A stretch of DNA of 64,000 nt. Origin: Octopus vulgaris. Its lineage: Eukaryota. Positions 26,698 through 41,645 of this stretch are shown here, in pieces. The DNA is taken from assembly GCA_951406725.2 (NCBI GenBank), contig OX597823.1, positions 104,842,001 to 104,906,000 on the forward strand. The letters run 5' to 3'. The notes below the pieces were generated by a model. The model had not been told where the DNA came from. It worked only from the letters and a program-made list of their open reading frames with translations, and did no database searches. A program made the position numbers and the translations under genes. Every line of letters starts with the position of its first letter. Position 1 is the stretch's first letter.

Positions 26698-27386
26698 TTA
26701 AATGGCTGTTTACATAAAACTGTGAAAGGTTTTAATTTAAATATGGATATTTTTGAATCAGAAGTAGGGAGGGATCTCTAGCAGGTTGGTATCTGGTGAA
26801 TGAACTCAAAGAAACAGACAACAGAGCTGATCCTGACCATATTCAGAATCTCAATGCAGGCACAGAGAACTAAATACTGTAAGACATTCAATCCGGTGCT
26901 TCATCATTTTGGCCATTATCCTGATAATGAGCAAAGTTAACGCTGCATGTGACTAAAAGGGAATTCTGATGTGTTCTATAAAAAATTCTGTTCCAATGGT
27001 AAGAGGCTTTAAAAATAAAAATTGCTTTGTTTCATATCTGTTTTGTATTGGAGTAAATTCAAAGATGAGGGAAATATCTAGAAGAATATTTATTAGGTTA
27101 AAATTGTCAACAGAGACAGAAATGAACACAATTTCAATAACATATGTGTATATGAAGCAGGGCGATGGTGTTGGTGGTTGAATGCAAATAAGAAAATGAC
27201 AAATGTGCAATGACAGATACAGCGATGATATCGTAATATGTATGGAGAACATGGTTGAGATAAATCTTAATGAAACATTTCTCTGAGAAAAAATATAAAA
27301 AAAAAACCTCATTAGCATGGGTGTTTTCACTCCACCCTTTATTTTCTGAAGCAATGAAGTCAAAATGCTAATATATATACATGCTG

Positions 27387-27491
<105 letters not shown>

Positions 27492-27950
27492 TGTATGTAT
27501 GTATGTATGTATGCATGTATGTATGTATGTGTATGTATGTATGTATGAATATATATATATATACACACACATGCATATATATATATATATACATATATGC
27601 ACACATACATATATACATGCATATACACACACACATACATATATACACAAATACACACACATATTCATATATGTGTGTCTCTGTGTGTGTGTGTATATAT
27701 ATATATATATACACACACAAACATACACACATATGTACACACACACACATACATACATACAAACACACACACACACGCACACACACAAACACACTACATG
27801 AAATATTCCAAAGGTCACGCATGATTTATTGTCAAATGTCAACTAACCTGATCTTTCTCATACATAACTGTTTTGTTAAATTTTCTTTTATGCTGTTGTT
27901 GTTATTGATTGTTTTGTTACTATTTCTTCTGCTTCTTCTTCTTATTCTCA

Positions 27951-27984
<34 letters not shown>

Positions 27985-28449
27985 TTGTGGTTTCTTCTCT
28001 CTGTAAATGAAACATGCAAACTAATTTGATGGCACATTCCTGTAAGCAATCATTTTGTTTTTTTGCACTTATCTATATTTTAAACCATATATGGACAGAT
28101 TTTACCAACATTTACCATCACAATTTTTTTTTTATTTTTGTGCTGTTTTTTTTTTATAACTATAATTTATTTCTAACTTATTTCTGATTCACAGATACTT
28201 TCATATATCTAAATATGGAACATAAGCAGTGGAGCAGAAATATATGCAAATTTACACTGGTTTTGTCACAAATTCAGCAGAAGCCACTTCAAATGAAATC
28301 TGATTTGCAATTTCATTGGTGGATTTTTTTTCCCCGTTATAAACATACAAAGATGTGATGGGTTTATATAAAGTAGAATTGGTAGACGGAGAGATTAGAG
28401 AAGAGTTAAAGATTATATGCCTATCTGCACTTACGTAGGAATGTCTATA

Positions 28450-28501
<52 letters not shown>

Positions 28502-28549
28502 TATATATATGTATATATATGATGATGATGATGATGATATATATGTATA

Positions 28550-28608
<59 letters not shown>

Positions 28609-28625
28609 GTATATATATATGTATA

Positions 28626-28699
<74 letters not shown>

Positions 28700-29489
28700 G
28701 TGTGTATATATGTATATTTGTGTGCTTTTTTTCCCTCTGTTCGCCTACCTCGGGATCTTTCTTTCTTCCTTCTCTTATGTTTCCGACGAAGAGCTCCGCT
28801 CGAAACGTCATACCCTCCTTCTTCCCTCTTTCCTGAGCGCCTAATAATAATACTTTAATTGTTCCACGTGTTGTTGTTTTTTCTGTTTTCCCGTTTGGAT
28901 TAACCTTATATATATATATATACATATATATATATACACGTATGTATGTATGTATGTATGAATGCATATGCATATATGTATGTATGTATGCATGTATGTA
29001 TGTGCGTGTGTGTATGTGTGTGTGTGTATATATGTAGGTTTACCTATTTTATATCACACCTTGATGCCGTATGGATTGAAATCCTTGCTGATAGGTTGTT
29101 GATATCAAATAAAGTGTCAAATGCTCATAGTATGCAAATTAGTGGCTCCAGTTTTCTGCAGCTAGTGGGATCTTTCTTGTGTATATAAATAAATCGCCAG
29201 CTTATTTCTGTGGGATTGGGTCAAGTTATGTAGAGATCTCTGATGAGAACTCAATAAGGTTCAAAAATATATATTGAACACACACACACACTCACAAATA
29301 GTATATGATGATGATGACGACAACGACAACGATGATGATGATGAGGATGATGATGATGATGAGGATGATGTTGATGATGAGGATGATGATGATAATGATA
29401 ATGATGCCGATGATGATGATGATCACCACCACCACCACCACCATTATCATCATCATCATCATCGTAAACCACCAGTCTTCTTTCTGACA

Positions 29490-30030
29490 CATTGATAAAG
29501 ACAAAACTACTAAGTTGGCTAGTTATCTATAGAGACCAACTGCACATTACATACAATCAATTAGAGAATTGTGGATAAATCTTCACTATATATAAATGAA
29601 TCAAAAAGATGTAAGTTATGCATAGCAGAAAGATTGCACATTCATTTTAGATCCAGAAATTCCACCACACTACTTAATTCCAGATCTGAAATTTTTAGCA
29701 AATGCAAACACATAGACAAGTTTCTTTTGTTGAACTGGAGGACATCAGCCACTCTGGATTGAGTAGTTATCTCACAGACTTTGGCCTACTCTCAGTAATA
29801 TTATTCTACATCAGCAAGTACTCTTTTCTCATTTAACTTTTTCATCAATCTTTTTCATATTATTTTTCTCATGTTTTCTCCGAGGTTAGTGTCCTGGTTT
29901 TTAAATACATCTAACAATATGCATTGAGCCTAAAATATTTCTTGGAAATACATGGCATGTTATATAAGCCAGTCAAATTATTGTCTCTCTAAAGTATAAA
30001 ACAATTAGTAGCTCTTTTGTAACTTGCGTA
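29490..30030 (+). mobile_element. Penelope-like element 3' fragment (C-terminus of the GIY-YIG endonuclease region)
   Basis: SKRCKLCIAERLHI...LLNSRSEIFSKCKHIDKFLL matches the typical PLE C-terminal CxLC/LNxRxE/CxH pattern. Confidence 0.7.
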
Positions 30031-30097
30031 TATTAAATGAAATATGTATATATGTATTTATGCATGTCTGTATGTACATATGATATACATATATATA

Positions 30098-30885
30098 GGC
30101 AACTCCAGGTCATCAGCATCACTTGGGCTTATCATAGATTTTGCATAAATAAGACACATGCCTGCTCGAAGAATTTCACATTTTTCCGCAATATTTCTAG
30201 CCCCAAATGGCTTATACTTTATATCTAGTGCTACGTCTTTCTTCATTTCAAAGTAAAGGGCAAAAATAAAGCAACCCTGCAAAACACAACTGATTTTTAG
30301 ACTCAAACATACAGAATAACAGCAATCAAATAACAACAGCTGAGTCAACAACAAACATCAGTGATCTGACTGTTGCCTGTACTCTTGACAAGAGATGCCA
30401 GTTAGACTTTTACACCTACCAGGCTCGTTCATTTTAGCCAGAGTTGCTGGGTAATTTTTTGTTCCTTTAAGAATATTGTAGAATGGAAACTTTCCATAGA
30501 TTGGAATTTTAACCCTAGTCTCTATAAAAATTTATTGTTTCATGAAAACATTGAATTTGAGCTACTTTTAATTTTTATGATTATGGATAACAACTCAGGC
30601 TGGTACCTTCTGAGCCTGAGTCAGGCACATGTGAGCAATGTCGCGAGAACGTCTGCTACGAATGATATTTTTTGACACAGGGCACCTTGAAGACGACCAC
30701 CAGATGCTGAATGAAAATAAATGAACTGCAACCAGGCTCAATAAAAGGAGCCTGAATTATGGGCTGCAATTACATACTTGAACTCAGTGTTGACAGAAAT
30801 TAAATCAGCTTGCAAATACACGTTCACTTAACTAAATTTATACACGGGCTAAGCCCAAACAGCCCAAGTGCTGGAGTTGCCACTG
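30098..30885. mobile_element. Non-autonomous DNA transposon with TIRs, possibly hAT-like
   Basis: ggcaactccag...cacttgggct at the left end is the reverse complement of agcccaagtg ctggagttgcc(actg) at the right end; flanked by TA arrays. Confidence 0.55.
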
Positions 30886-31139
30886 ATATATATATATATA
30901 TATATATATCATCATCATCATCATTGTTTAATGTCCATTTTCCATGCTGGCATGGGTTGGACGGTTTGACTGGGGACTGGCAAGCCAGGAGGCCTCACCA
31001 GGCTCCAATCTGATCTGGCTATGTTTCTACAGCTGGATGCTCTTCCTAATGCCAACCACTCTGAGAGTGTAGTAGGTGCTTTTTACGTGCTACTGGTCTG
31101 GGAGCCAGTCAGACGGCTCTGGCATTGGCCACATTCAGA

Positions 31140-32335
31140 TACAAACACTACTTTCTCTATCAACATTCCTACTAGTCCACCTCATCTCTTATGTGTCCAT
31201 AGCTTGCACTGCATGCATCAAATAGAATTTTGGCCTAAACCCTTTCTACATAGTGAGCTGGGCCATTTACCAGAAGGGCGAAGGGTCTTATCTGAATTCA
31301 TACTTACTAGGACCTTGGTCCTTACTAAGTTCACTTTGATTCCAGGTTCTCTTTCCACTCTTGGAATTTCTTTTTTAATTCTGTCATAGATTCTGCTATG
31401 AGAGCAAGATCATCAGCATATACTGGTTCCCACGGACTTCAGTCTTAAATTCTTCTGTTATGGCCTGGAGGATGAGGATGAATAGGAGGAGGCTGAACAT
31501 TGGTAAACAACTACTTGTATGCTAAATTCCTCACTATTCCCATGGCCAACTCTTACCTTACTAACAACACCCTCTACATGGCCTGTACTGCTTTCACAAA
31601 CTATTCGTTTATTCCTAGCTTCTTCAGGGACCACCATATCACAGAGTGAGGTACTCTGTTGAAGGCTCTCTCTAGATCAATACATGTCAAGTACAATGGC
31701 TTCTTTTTAACTAAATACTTCTTTTGCAGTTGCCTGACTATGAAAGTAGCATGTGTGGTGCTTCTTCCCAGGACAGGAGAAAGCCAAAGTACATTTCATC
31801 AGGTCTAATTCTGTTCCTAATCAATTGGGCTATAACTCTCCCCATGACTTCCATCACCTGGTCCAGCAACTAGATGTCTTTATAATTACTTCTAGCTAAG
31901 GTATTACCCTTGCCCTTATAGCAGTTGACTATAATGCTGCTTTAACAGTCATTAGGGATTATACTTTCCTGAATAACCTGATTAACTATACAGGTAACAA
32001 GACTGTATCCAACGCTACCAGATATCTTAAGCACCTCTACAGTGACTCCCGATGGACCTTCCCTATCTTTATAATTTTAATTGCCTTATCTATTATGTTG
32101 CTGTCATTTAGGATTGCTGGTCCCTCTACTGAGTTCACATGAGTAAGACTCCCTTTCTCCCATCCATTCTCCGCATTTCATAATCTTTCATAGTAGCTCT
32201 TCCATGCCTCTTTTATTTTCAGGACCACTAAGAGCAAGTGTACCGTTATCTGTCCATGCACATTTCTTGCCCACGACATCTTGATTCTCTCTAATACACA
32301 GTCTGGCAACCTGGAACACTATAAGTCTCTGATAT
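31140..32335 (-). pseudogene. RTE-clade RT fragment
   Basis: Minus strand: GRSTTHATFIVRQLQKKYLVKKKPLYLTCIDLERAFNRVPHSVIWWSLKKLG, YADDLALIAE. Confidence 0.85.
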
Positions 32336-32613
32336 TCATACTGTAAGACAGACAGACAGGCAGACAGACAGACATACAGACAGACAGACATACAGACAGA
32401 CAGACATACAGACAGACAGACAGACAGACACATGCATGCACACACACAGAAATACACACACACACATACATATGTGAATATGAGGGGTTTAGTTCACTGG
32501 TAATTTAAACGTAAAAGTACGCTGAGTAAGTGCTATAATTGGTCATCCATTAGGTTCTAAGTTCACAGCCCAGGCTGGAGCCAGGGATCCGTATTAGGCT
32601 TCCATGTTAACAG

Positions 32614-32810
32614 GTATATATTATATCGGAGGAAAAAGGACAACAAAATCCAAGGCTGGAAGAGTATCTCAAGTCATTTAGAATAATTTAATTAGGTTAA
32701 GGGTAAGGTGAAGCTGTAAGACTTACCTTACCTTAGTTGAATTATTCTAAATGACTAGAGATACTCAGCCAACCTTGGCTTTTGTTGTCCCTTTCCCCTC
32801 TAATATAATA
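32614..32810. repeat. Fold-back element with ~85-bp imperfect inverted arms
   Basis: ggacaacaaaatccaaggctgg..gagtatctcaagtcatttagaataatt pairs with aattattctaaatgactagagatactc..ccaaccttggcttttgttgtcc. Confidence 0.8.
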
Positions 32811-35420
32811 CATACATATGTATATATATATATGTGCGTGTGTGTGTGTGTTTGTGTATACACACACACACATACATAAATATATTTAGCTACCTCTCTA
32901 CATACCTACCTATATACATTCTTACATATATGCCACAATTCAACAGGAATAGAACCAACTCATGCATGCACCTTATGTGACTGCTTAATCAGGACACAAG
33001 GCTGGAGACTATCTTCACCCAGGCATTGTTATTAATACAGCCTCAGTGGACAGCAGTTCGCCAAGTGTCAATTGTCACTTCACTAAACAACTTGACAACT
33101 ACACACTGAAATATCATACATGTTTCCCACCTGCAGTCAAGGATTTATAACATGACACAAAGAAAATCCATTAACCTTTGTGTGTGTGTGTATGTGTGCG
33201 TGTGTGTGCGTGTGTGTGCACACATGCATGTTTATGTGTGTATACATATATACAAACATACAGACAGACATACAGACACATATATAAATATAAAAATTAG
33301 TGTACAGACTTTGTATACATACTAGGCCACTAGCAGAAAAATTTCTATAATTTTTCCTACCCTATATTAATTTTAATATATATACATACATACATATATA
33401 TCATCATCATCATCATCATCGTTTAACGTCCGTTCTCCATATACACACAAACATATATACACACACACACACACACATATATATACATACATACATGTAT
33501 GTATATGATCATACCTGTATATACATATATATGTGCGTGTGTGTATGTTTGTGTGTGTGTGTGTGTATGTGTGTGTGTGTTTGTGCATGCATGCGAGTGT
33601 GTGTTTGTGTGTTTGTGTGTGTGTGTGTGAACAGACAGATGAATGTGTGTGTAGTAGAACAAAACAGAAAGAACACCAGGGCCAAGACCTGGAGACATCA
33701 GTCCATATAATGTGACTGCCTTTTGAAGAATCTGCACTCTTGTCAAATAACTCATCGTTAATAGTTATTACAGACTACTACTACTACTACTGCTGCTGCT
33801 GCTACTATTACTAGAAATGCATAAACATATGTCTGTCTACGAACACACTCACACACACACACATGATTAAGAAAAGAGATTACAATGGAATAAATGATTA
33901 TTTTATGCGTTTCATTAGCTTACAGCTGTTTCCATTATAAGAAACAGTGGACTCATAGTTGAGTGCCTGAGTAACGCCTTACAGTTTTATCAGAGTTTCA
34001 AACATGAAGTGCAATTTTTATGCGGAAACAAATACATTTATGTATATACACAGGAAAGCATTACCAACATATCATCATCATCATTTAATGTCCATTGTCC
34101 ATGCTGGCATGGGTTGGACAGTTTGACCAAAGCTGGTAAGTAGAGGGGCTGCACCAGACCCCAGTCTGATTCGGCATGGTTTCTATGGCTGGATGCTCTT
34201 ACAATTGCCAACCACTCTGAGAGTGTAATGGGTGCTTTTACATGCCACCAGCACCGGTGCCAGTTGCGTGACGCCAGTATCTTCCATGACTACGATTTCA
34301 CTTGGCTCGATGGGTCTTCTACTCAAACATGACATAATGCCAAAGGGCTTGGTCATTTATCATTGCCTCCAAGAGGCCAAATGATTGAAAGGTGCTTTTT
34401 ATGTACCACAGGCATGGGTGCTAGTTACACAAGGCTCAAAAGGTCTTTTTTGTATGCCACCAGTGTGGGTGCCAGTTACGTGACACTGGCTTCGACCATG
34501 ACTGCAACTTCACTTGACTTGAAATGGGTCTCCTCATGGAGTGCAGGTCTTCTCAAGCATGGTATAACATCTATATATATATAGAATAATAATATTAGGG
34601 AGTATATCCAAACTCTACAGGGTTTTTTATCCTATTATTGAGTTGCCTAATAGTGGTTTTATCTCTAATTTAATTTATATATATATATATATATATATAA
34701 AACCTTCCATCATATGACACAAGATCACCTCCTCCAATGTTCTCTCCTCTCTCAAAAGAGATTATTTTTGTCTTGCAAGTACTTGGCAACCCTGTCAGTG
34801 CAGGTGCCACTTAAAATCAGCGAGTCCACACTGTAAAGTGTTTGGTGTTAGGAAGGGCATCCACCTGTACTAACCTGGGAAAAACTGACCTTGACTGTGC
34901 TTGTGCCATTTAAAAAGCACTAAATCCACTCTGTTGAGTGGTTAGTGTTAGGAAGGGCATCCAGCTGTAAAAATCCTGCCAAAACAATTACAAAAGTCTG
35001 GTGCAGGCTTCTGCCTGGCCAGCCTTTGTCAAACCATCCTACCCATGCCAGCATGATGATGATGATAATGATGTGAGTGAGTGTGTGTGTATTTATACGC
35101 AGACACTCGTAATAGGATAAAAATATTAATAAGTAAACAACTGGTGTTGGGCTTGATTATGACATTTATAAATTTAAACCTGATGGTTGAATTTTTATGA
35201 GTATACACAAGAATTATACATAAGAAGGAAGGAAGCAATAAGGCAGGCAGAGTCTCTCTCTCAACTGCTCCAAGAACATATGTGCAGATTGTGCATGTTG
35301 TGCAAGACAAATGGTAACAACCCATATTGTGTGGTTATCTGTTCCATCATCAGAGAAGAATGAGATGCAGCAGTGATAGTGCTTGAATTATATATGTATA
35401 TATATGTGTGTATTTATATA

Positions 35421-35468
<48 letters not shown>

Positions 35469-35498
35469 GATACATACATACATACATACATACATACA

Positions 35499-35553
<55 letters not shown>

Positions 35554-35914
35554 ATGAATATGTATTTATGCATAACAATGTATTTGCATCAGATATTAAT
35601 GGGTGAAGTATTAAATATGAGTGTAATGTATGTGTATATGTGTGTATAAATCATTGTTTTTTGTGCATGTATGTATGTATGTTTGTGTGTGTGTGTGTGT
35701 GTGTATGTATGTGTGTGTGAGTGCACATCTTAGTGCATAGGTGTGTGTACATGTGTGAGTGTGGGTGTGAGTGTGTGTGCGCGCGCGTGTGTGTGTGTGT
35801 ATTTGTATGTATTTTTTTTAGCCTTTACAAATAAAATTTTGGTAATTGATGTCTCTGGACTGAAGAAAGTGACAGTGAAATTGATAATGTTGTTCATAAA
35901 TGAAAGAAAACAGT

Positions 35915-35978
<64 letters not shown>

Positions 35979-36499
35979 CATATATATACATACTTACACA
36001 CACTCACATGTACATATATGTATGTCAATGAATATGTAAATAATAAAATTCAAAGAGAAATATATGGTTTTCTAAATCAATATTTAATTCATTTCATTTT
36101 TCTTATATGTTCTTTATTTTTGCTTTCAGTTGCAAATAGAATTTCAAGCAGAGAAGATTTGATAATCAAAATATAATCACTAGAATTTGTGGCAGTGAGT
36201 GGTAGTGGTGATGGTGATGGTGATGGTGATGGTGATGGTGGTGGTGGTGTAAGTTAATACAGTGGAGTGCCATAAATATGGAAATATGTTTTGAGAATAA
36301 GAAAAAAATGTAACTCAGGTTCCTTCATTGGAAAGTGATTGACATTTTTTTGATATTTCCTTTATTTGTAGCAACACACTAACATTCTTGACATTTTTAT
36401 TTATTTGTTTATTTTACCAATACATTAAAAGACAAACATATCTCACTTTTTTTTTTTTTAACTAATGTATTAATCACATTTTAGAACTGCTCCCATTAA

Positions 36500-39400
36500 T
36501 TTGTCCTGACATACATTGATCATACTTGATGACTGCCTCGGTTAATTTTACTAACAAGTTCGTTACATTTTACTCTTCTGGTTATTTTATTAATACATTA
36601 ATTATACATGATGACTACTCTGGTTATTTTTTATAACACTAATTACATTTGATAACTGCTCTGGTTATTTTTAATAACTCACTAATCCCACTCGTTCACT
36701 GCTCTGGTTATTTTTAGTAATGCTACAAATGGCTACTTCCGGTTGAGGTGCATTATGGTAGATTCTAGTTGAAAGCTGGCAACCAGCCATTTGCAATAAA
36801 TACAGACATTTATACTTGTGCTTCTTAAATTGAAGTTGTATGTTTGAGCTGAATAAAATGATTGGTTTGGCACCCATTTTCTTGTTACAACAATAACAAT
36901 AGAAAGATTCCTTCAACTACATCTGATACAAAAACATTATGTGCACAGTGTTTCTTAAATTTTCCTGTTAATTTCCAAAACTCAGCTGAACAGCAAAAAT
37001 TCACTCTGCGTACCAAATTTATCTCACTTTCAGTCTTCAGCTGTATCACTGATTCTATTGACTACATTACTGTATAAATTATCTTTGATCATATCCCTAT
37101 TAAATGTAATCTTTGCAGATTTTAGTTACATTCATGATGACAATAACCAAGTGAATACTGGGAAACTTTTAGGAAATTCCTATACACCCTCTTCAGGCAC
37201 AGATATTTCAAGTTGTAATTACCGATATATATAAAGAAAAATGCTTTAGAAATTCCTGTATTTCTAGGATTTCTTACTCATTGTAGTCCACAAAAACTCC
37301 CTGAGAATAATTTACAGGATTTGGAACAGGCAATCATTAACCCTTTTATTAGTGACCCGCCTGAAACCGGCTCTGGCTCTGTAGTACAAATGTCTTGTTT
37401 TCATAAGTTTTGAATTAAAATCTTCCACCAAACTTTTAGTCACAATTAATGTTCCTATCACCAGCTTAATGATAACTAAGTTATTTTACTAAATTCTTTG
37501 TTATATCTAAAAAAACTGAGAGAAACACAGAGCATCTCAAAATAAATACAGTAATGAAAGGGTTAAAGCTTTTTCTCTTGAAGCTGCTAGAAAAAAAAAG
37601 AAAAAGGTTACCAGTGACCATATTTAATAGAGATTCCTCGAGAATACCTTATTGAATTTGGAGCTGGTAATCACTAGAAACTCATTTTCTGGAATTTATT
37701 CAAAGAAATGCAGAGAATTACCAGTGGTCCTACCTTCCAACAAGGAAGCTATTTTTGTGCTAGTTTCTGTTATGACTACTCTATTTGTATAACAAAGACT
37801 AAAACTTACCCAAAAGTTTGATATTTTTCATAAAGATGTTGATCAAAAGAGTCACTACAGCAAAGGGATATCAAATAATCACATTTGAAAAAGCCATTGT
37901 CAGTATATATACTGCCATCCAATGTGTTGGTGTTATACTCAGTTCAGGTGGTGCATTCAGTTTCATAGATGAGGTTGTTTGCAAGAGGCTCTCACTCCCA
38001 ACATCTTGGTGCTGTCTTTGAATAGGATTGCCAACTCAATCTAATTTTTCATCTAAATTTCAAATTTCTTCTTGTGTGGATTTTTGCAATCAAAGGTGGA
38101 TTAAAGTGTTTTGTTTACTGTGTTTCTCTATAATTCTGGCACACCACTTCTTTGATTACCACAGCATTGTTGCATTGAATCTTGGAGGATCTTTAACAAA
38201 AATCTTACTATTGGTTGTCTTGTTCTTATGTCAGTGACCTCTTCTCATATTTCTTCATATACAAAGACTTGAAACCAATTCCTATAAAATTTTGCTGCTT
38301 TTTTACTCTTCATGAAATATTTATTAAGAAAGTTTAAATAACTTCTTAATGGATAATATTACTACACCTGCCATCTCTCTGTGGTGAGTAATAAGAAATA
38401 ATGGCTAACACTGTCTTGCTATCAACTAATGGTAAATTACTGCTTTCTGGATGTTTATGTACTTCCTGATATTGAAGATCATGTGAGTTCTATTTTCTTA
38501 TAAATTCCATTGGAAATTGATTCTGAAAGCAGCACATCATCAAATTCTACTCCAGAATGACACTAAGATATATTCTACATCTGAAGTTGATGGATACTTG
38601 TTTTAGCTTATAAGGTTACCTTTTGTGTGACTTATGCTATTCGCAGTTTTCAAAGTGTGACAAATGGTATAGTTACTGACAATGCAATCAAAGAAGTTCA
38701 CGCCTTTGACAATGTTATTGTCATTGGCAAAATCATTGAGGAACTCAATGAGAACTTGGCTAAATTTATTTCATTTTCTAAGAAACTCAACATTCCATTG
38801 AACAAAGGTAAATGTCTTCTCCCCCAAGCATGCATTTGTTACCTAGGATACAAAATAGAAATTAATTCTTTGCAACCTGACCTATAAAGTCTTAAACCTC
38901 TCATTTATTATCTGGAACCAAACAATGTGGAACAACCACAAGGTTTGCTTATTAATTTAAATGTGTCTTCTTTCTTGGAACTAATTCAACCCTTGCTAAA
39001 TCCTGCTTTTACATTGTAAAAGAGACAAATAGATGCTATTCATTTGCTTAGAGCTGCAATTGTTAATGGCTCTCTCTCACACCTGTATATTGAAACTGAG
39101 GTTTCTGCAACTAAAATTGTGGGCGTTGCTCTCTTCTCAAAAATTCTTCATCACTCTGAATAAAATTTCTCATCATTTGAAAAGGAAGTTACAGCCACCA
39201 ATAGAAAGTGTAAGAAAATAGAAAACATTTTAGCTTTCAGGCAATTTTATATAATACACTGATCAACAAGTGATCTCATTTATAGTTAATAACAAAAGAA
39301 GTGGAAAAATGAATAAAATTCTTCATTGGTGCATGTGCATAGAATTATCACTCGTTAATTATGATATTCAACACACACCTAACAAAGAAATTCAGCTGCT

Positions 39401-40200
39401 GATACTCTACCGGATGTTCTTCTATAACATCTCTTAGAATCACAGATTTACATAAACACTTGCATTGTTCTGAAATGACGTGATTATGGTACTCTGTCAG
39501 ATCTAAGAACTTAGCATTTTAAATTTAAAATATAATTAAAAAAAAAAAATGATAATGATCATACTAAGAATTAGAACCCTGTGGTTTTGATCCCCATCAT
39601 GCTAAACTTATTAAGTGTATTTAACCATTGAAGTATGTCAGCATCAACTTCAAAGGTTCTCTACCTAGTCCGCTTTTGGATCTGAATGTTCAGATATGAC
39701 AATGCCTACAGTATTTCACTGCCATCAAAATATATTCTGCATATTTACTGCTCCAGCTTCAATTCACTCTGAATGAAGATTTATATTATGAGATGTTTCA
39801 TTTTTGTGGCAATCATGTCATCTTACTGGGAACAGTCATGTAGAAATCCTAAACAAATCTTCTTAGAGAGAACCATAATCTTATTTTTTTATTCAAGAAA
39901 GTTGCCATTAAACAAAGGCAGTGACATTTAAAAGGAATTACTTCATACAATTAAATTCCTCTTTCACACTGCAACCAACTTGATACCTCATTAAAGACTA
40001 TTTAATTCCCAGCATTTCTTGTCAGTGTAACAAACTTTACTTGGATGGCTGTCTACATTCAGAGAAGTTTTGCTAAGACAGTTTAATCCAAACAGTAAAT
40101 ATGTGCCAAAGTGAATTATGTTAAAATAACTGATACTCGTCATCATTAAGCTTGTATCATCTTTCTCAACAATCAAATTTATACCATTTAAACTGAAGGT
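36500..40200 (+). pseudogene. Highly decayed Ty3/Gypsy LTR retrotransposon (gag, RT, RNase H and integrase remnants)
   Basis: LPFCVTYAIRSFQ..VHAFDNVIVIG..LNKGKC..ICYLGYKI (RT); SFEKEVTA, TDQQVISFI, IELSLVNYDIQH and AADTL (RNase H); PASIHSE (integrase). Confidence 0.8.
37337..37566. mobile_element. TTAA-flanked piggyBac-type MITE inside the Gypsy remnant
   Basis: TTAA-cccttttatta ... taatgaaaggg-TTAA. Confidence 0.75.
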
Positions 40201-40207
40201 ATATCTG

Positions 40208-40440
40208 GAAGGCAGTGAGCTGGCAGAAACGTTAGCATGCCGGACGAAATGCGTAGCCATATTTCATCTGCCGTTACGTTCTGAGATCAAGTTCCGCCAA
40301 GGTCGATTTTGCCTTTCATCCTTTCGGGGTTGATTAAATAAGTACCAGTTATGCACTGGGGTCGATATAATCGACTTAATCCGTTTGTCTGTCCTTTTTT
40401 GTCCTTTCTGTGTTTAGCCCCTTGTGGGTAGTAAAGAAAT
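40208..40440 (+). mobile_element. SINE family B, well-preserved copy
   Basis: ggcagtgagctggcagaaacgttagc...ttgcctttcatcctttcgggg...ggggtcgatataatcgact. Confidence 0.75.
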
Positions 40441-40723
40441 CGGTATACCTGGAAGTATAATCTGGAAGACCAAGTACCAGAGGAAACTGACAAGTAAATG
40501 TTACAATGTTGAATTGTTGGAAAAGCCAATGGAAGCGTGCTCTGGATCTACTAATGCATATTCTATCAGTGCTTGTCACAGTAATGTGCTGAAAAGTTGT
40601 GCCTAAATGACATGTGATGGGGAGCAGTCCAGCATCACTCCAGTTATTGAAAATGAAACTCCAGCTTGCATTACTTGGAACAGATCAGTGTCCCACTTAG
40701 GGAAAGATTTATTTCTCATCTAT

Positions 40724-41251
40724 TTAACCCATTGACAATGGTTGATGCAAATATGCGATCACACTTTTGCTTGCCTACCCATGGTTAACATAAATATACG
40801 ATGTAGAGCTGCCCTTCCTCTATCACTGACTTTTTAGCGGCTGATGTGTGTTTACGTTTTCTATCATGTACTTTATCTCTTGAGGTGCATGTGCTCACCA
40901 TCCTGTGCATTATCTTAGCTATTTCAGGTTATGTTCAAGTCATGAGACTAGCAGTAGACCAATGACATGCGGATACTTTACATGCATAATACTGTTTTGA
41001 GTTGTACCACACGCAAGCTATTTTTTGAACTTGAGCAGAATTACGCATGCATATCATATTATGATAAATAGCTTTACATAATTCGTTTTCATAAACCGGT
41101 AGACGTAAATGTACGATGCTATGATATTGTAACGGTGAACGTAAATAGATGCGAGCTTGTTGGCGCTTGTGTGTTTGTAAGGCCTCATTAGATAAAAAAA
41201 ACTGGAGCAGTGTCTCACATTCTTCAGGTAATATCGGTGTCAAGGAGTTAA
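40724..41251. mobile_element. TTAA-flanked non-autonomous DNA transposon
   Basis: TTAA-cccattgaca ... tgtcaaggag-TTAA imperfect TIRs. Confidence 0.55.
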
Positions 41252-41372
41252 TACAACTACAGACCAAAACTAAGCAATAAGCTTGAGTCTCTATGATTGA
41301 GCCAACATTAGCGTGAGATCTTTTGGGGACTTTTGCTCTAAAAAACTAAATTTTATTTCCAGATACCTGAAT

Positions 41373-41645
41373 TTTACCTCCGCCTTCGCTAAGGCGGTGG
41401 TATTATTTTCAGTCATGTTTGTTTGTTTGTCCATGGACAAGATATCTCAAGAACCACTGGATGGATTCAAATGAAACCATCAGGGATGCTTGGCCTCATG
41501 ACTGGCACGAACTGATTAGAATTGATCTGGTACCAGACAAGGATTCTGGATTATTTTTCTGGTTTTGTTACTTAATTTTTGTGAGCGGTCAGGTTCATCA
41601 CTTTTAGTATTCTTGTTTGTGAGAGAAGTCGAGTTTGGTTGCTAT
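41373..41645 (+). mobile_element. Helentron-associated (HINE/DINE-like) non-autonomous element
   Basis: ttacctccgcc..hairpin..aggcgg start, (GTTT)n, and gatatctcaagaaccactggatggatt..atgaaac core. Confidence 0.55.
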
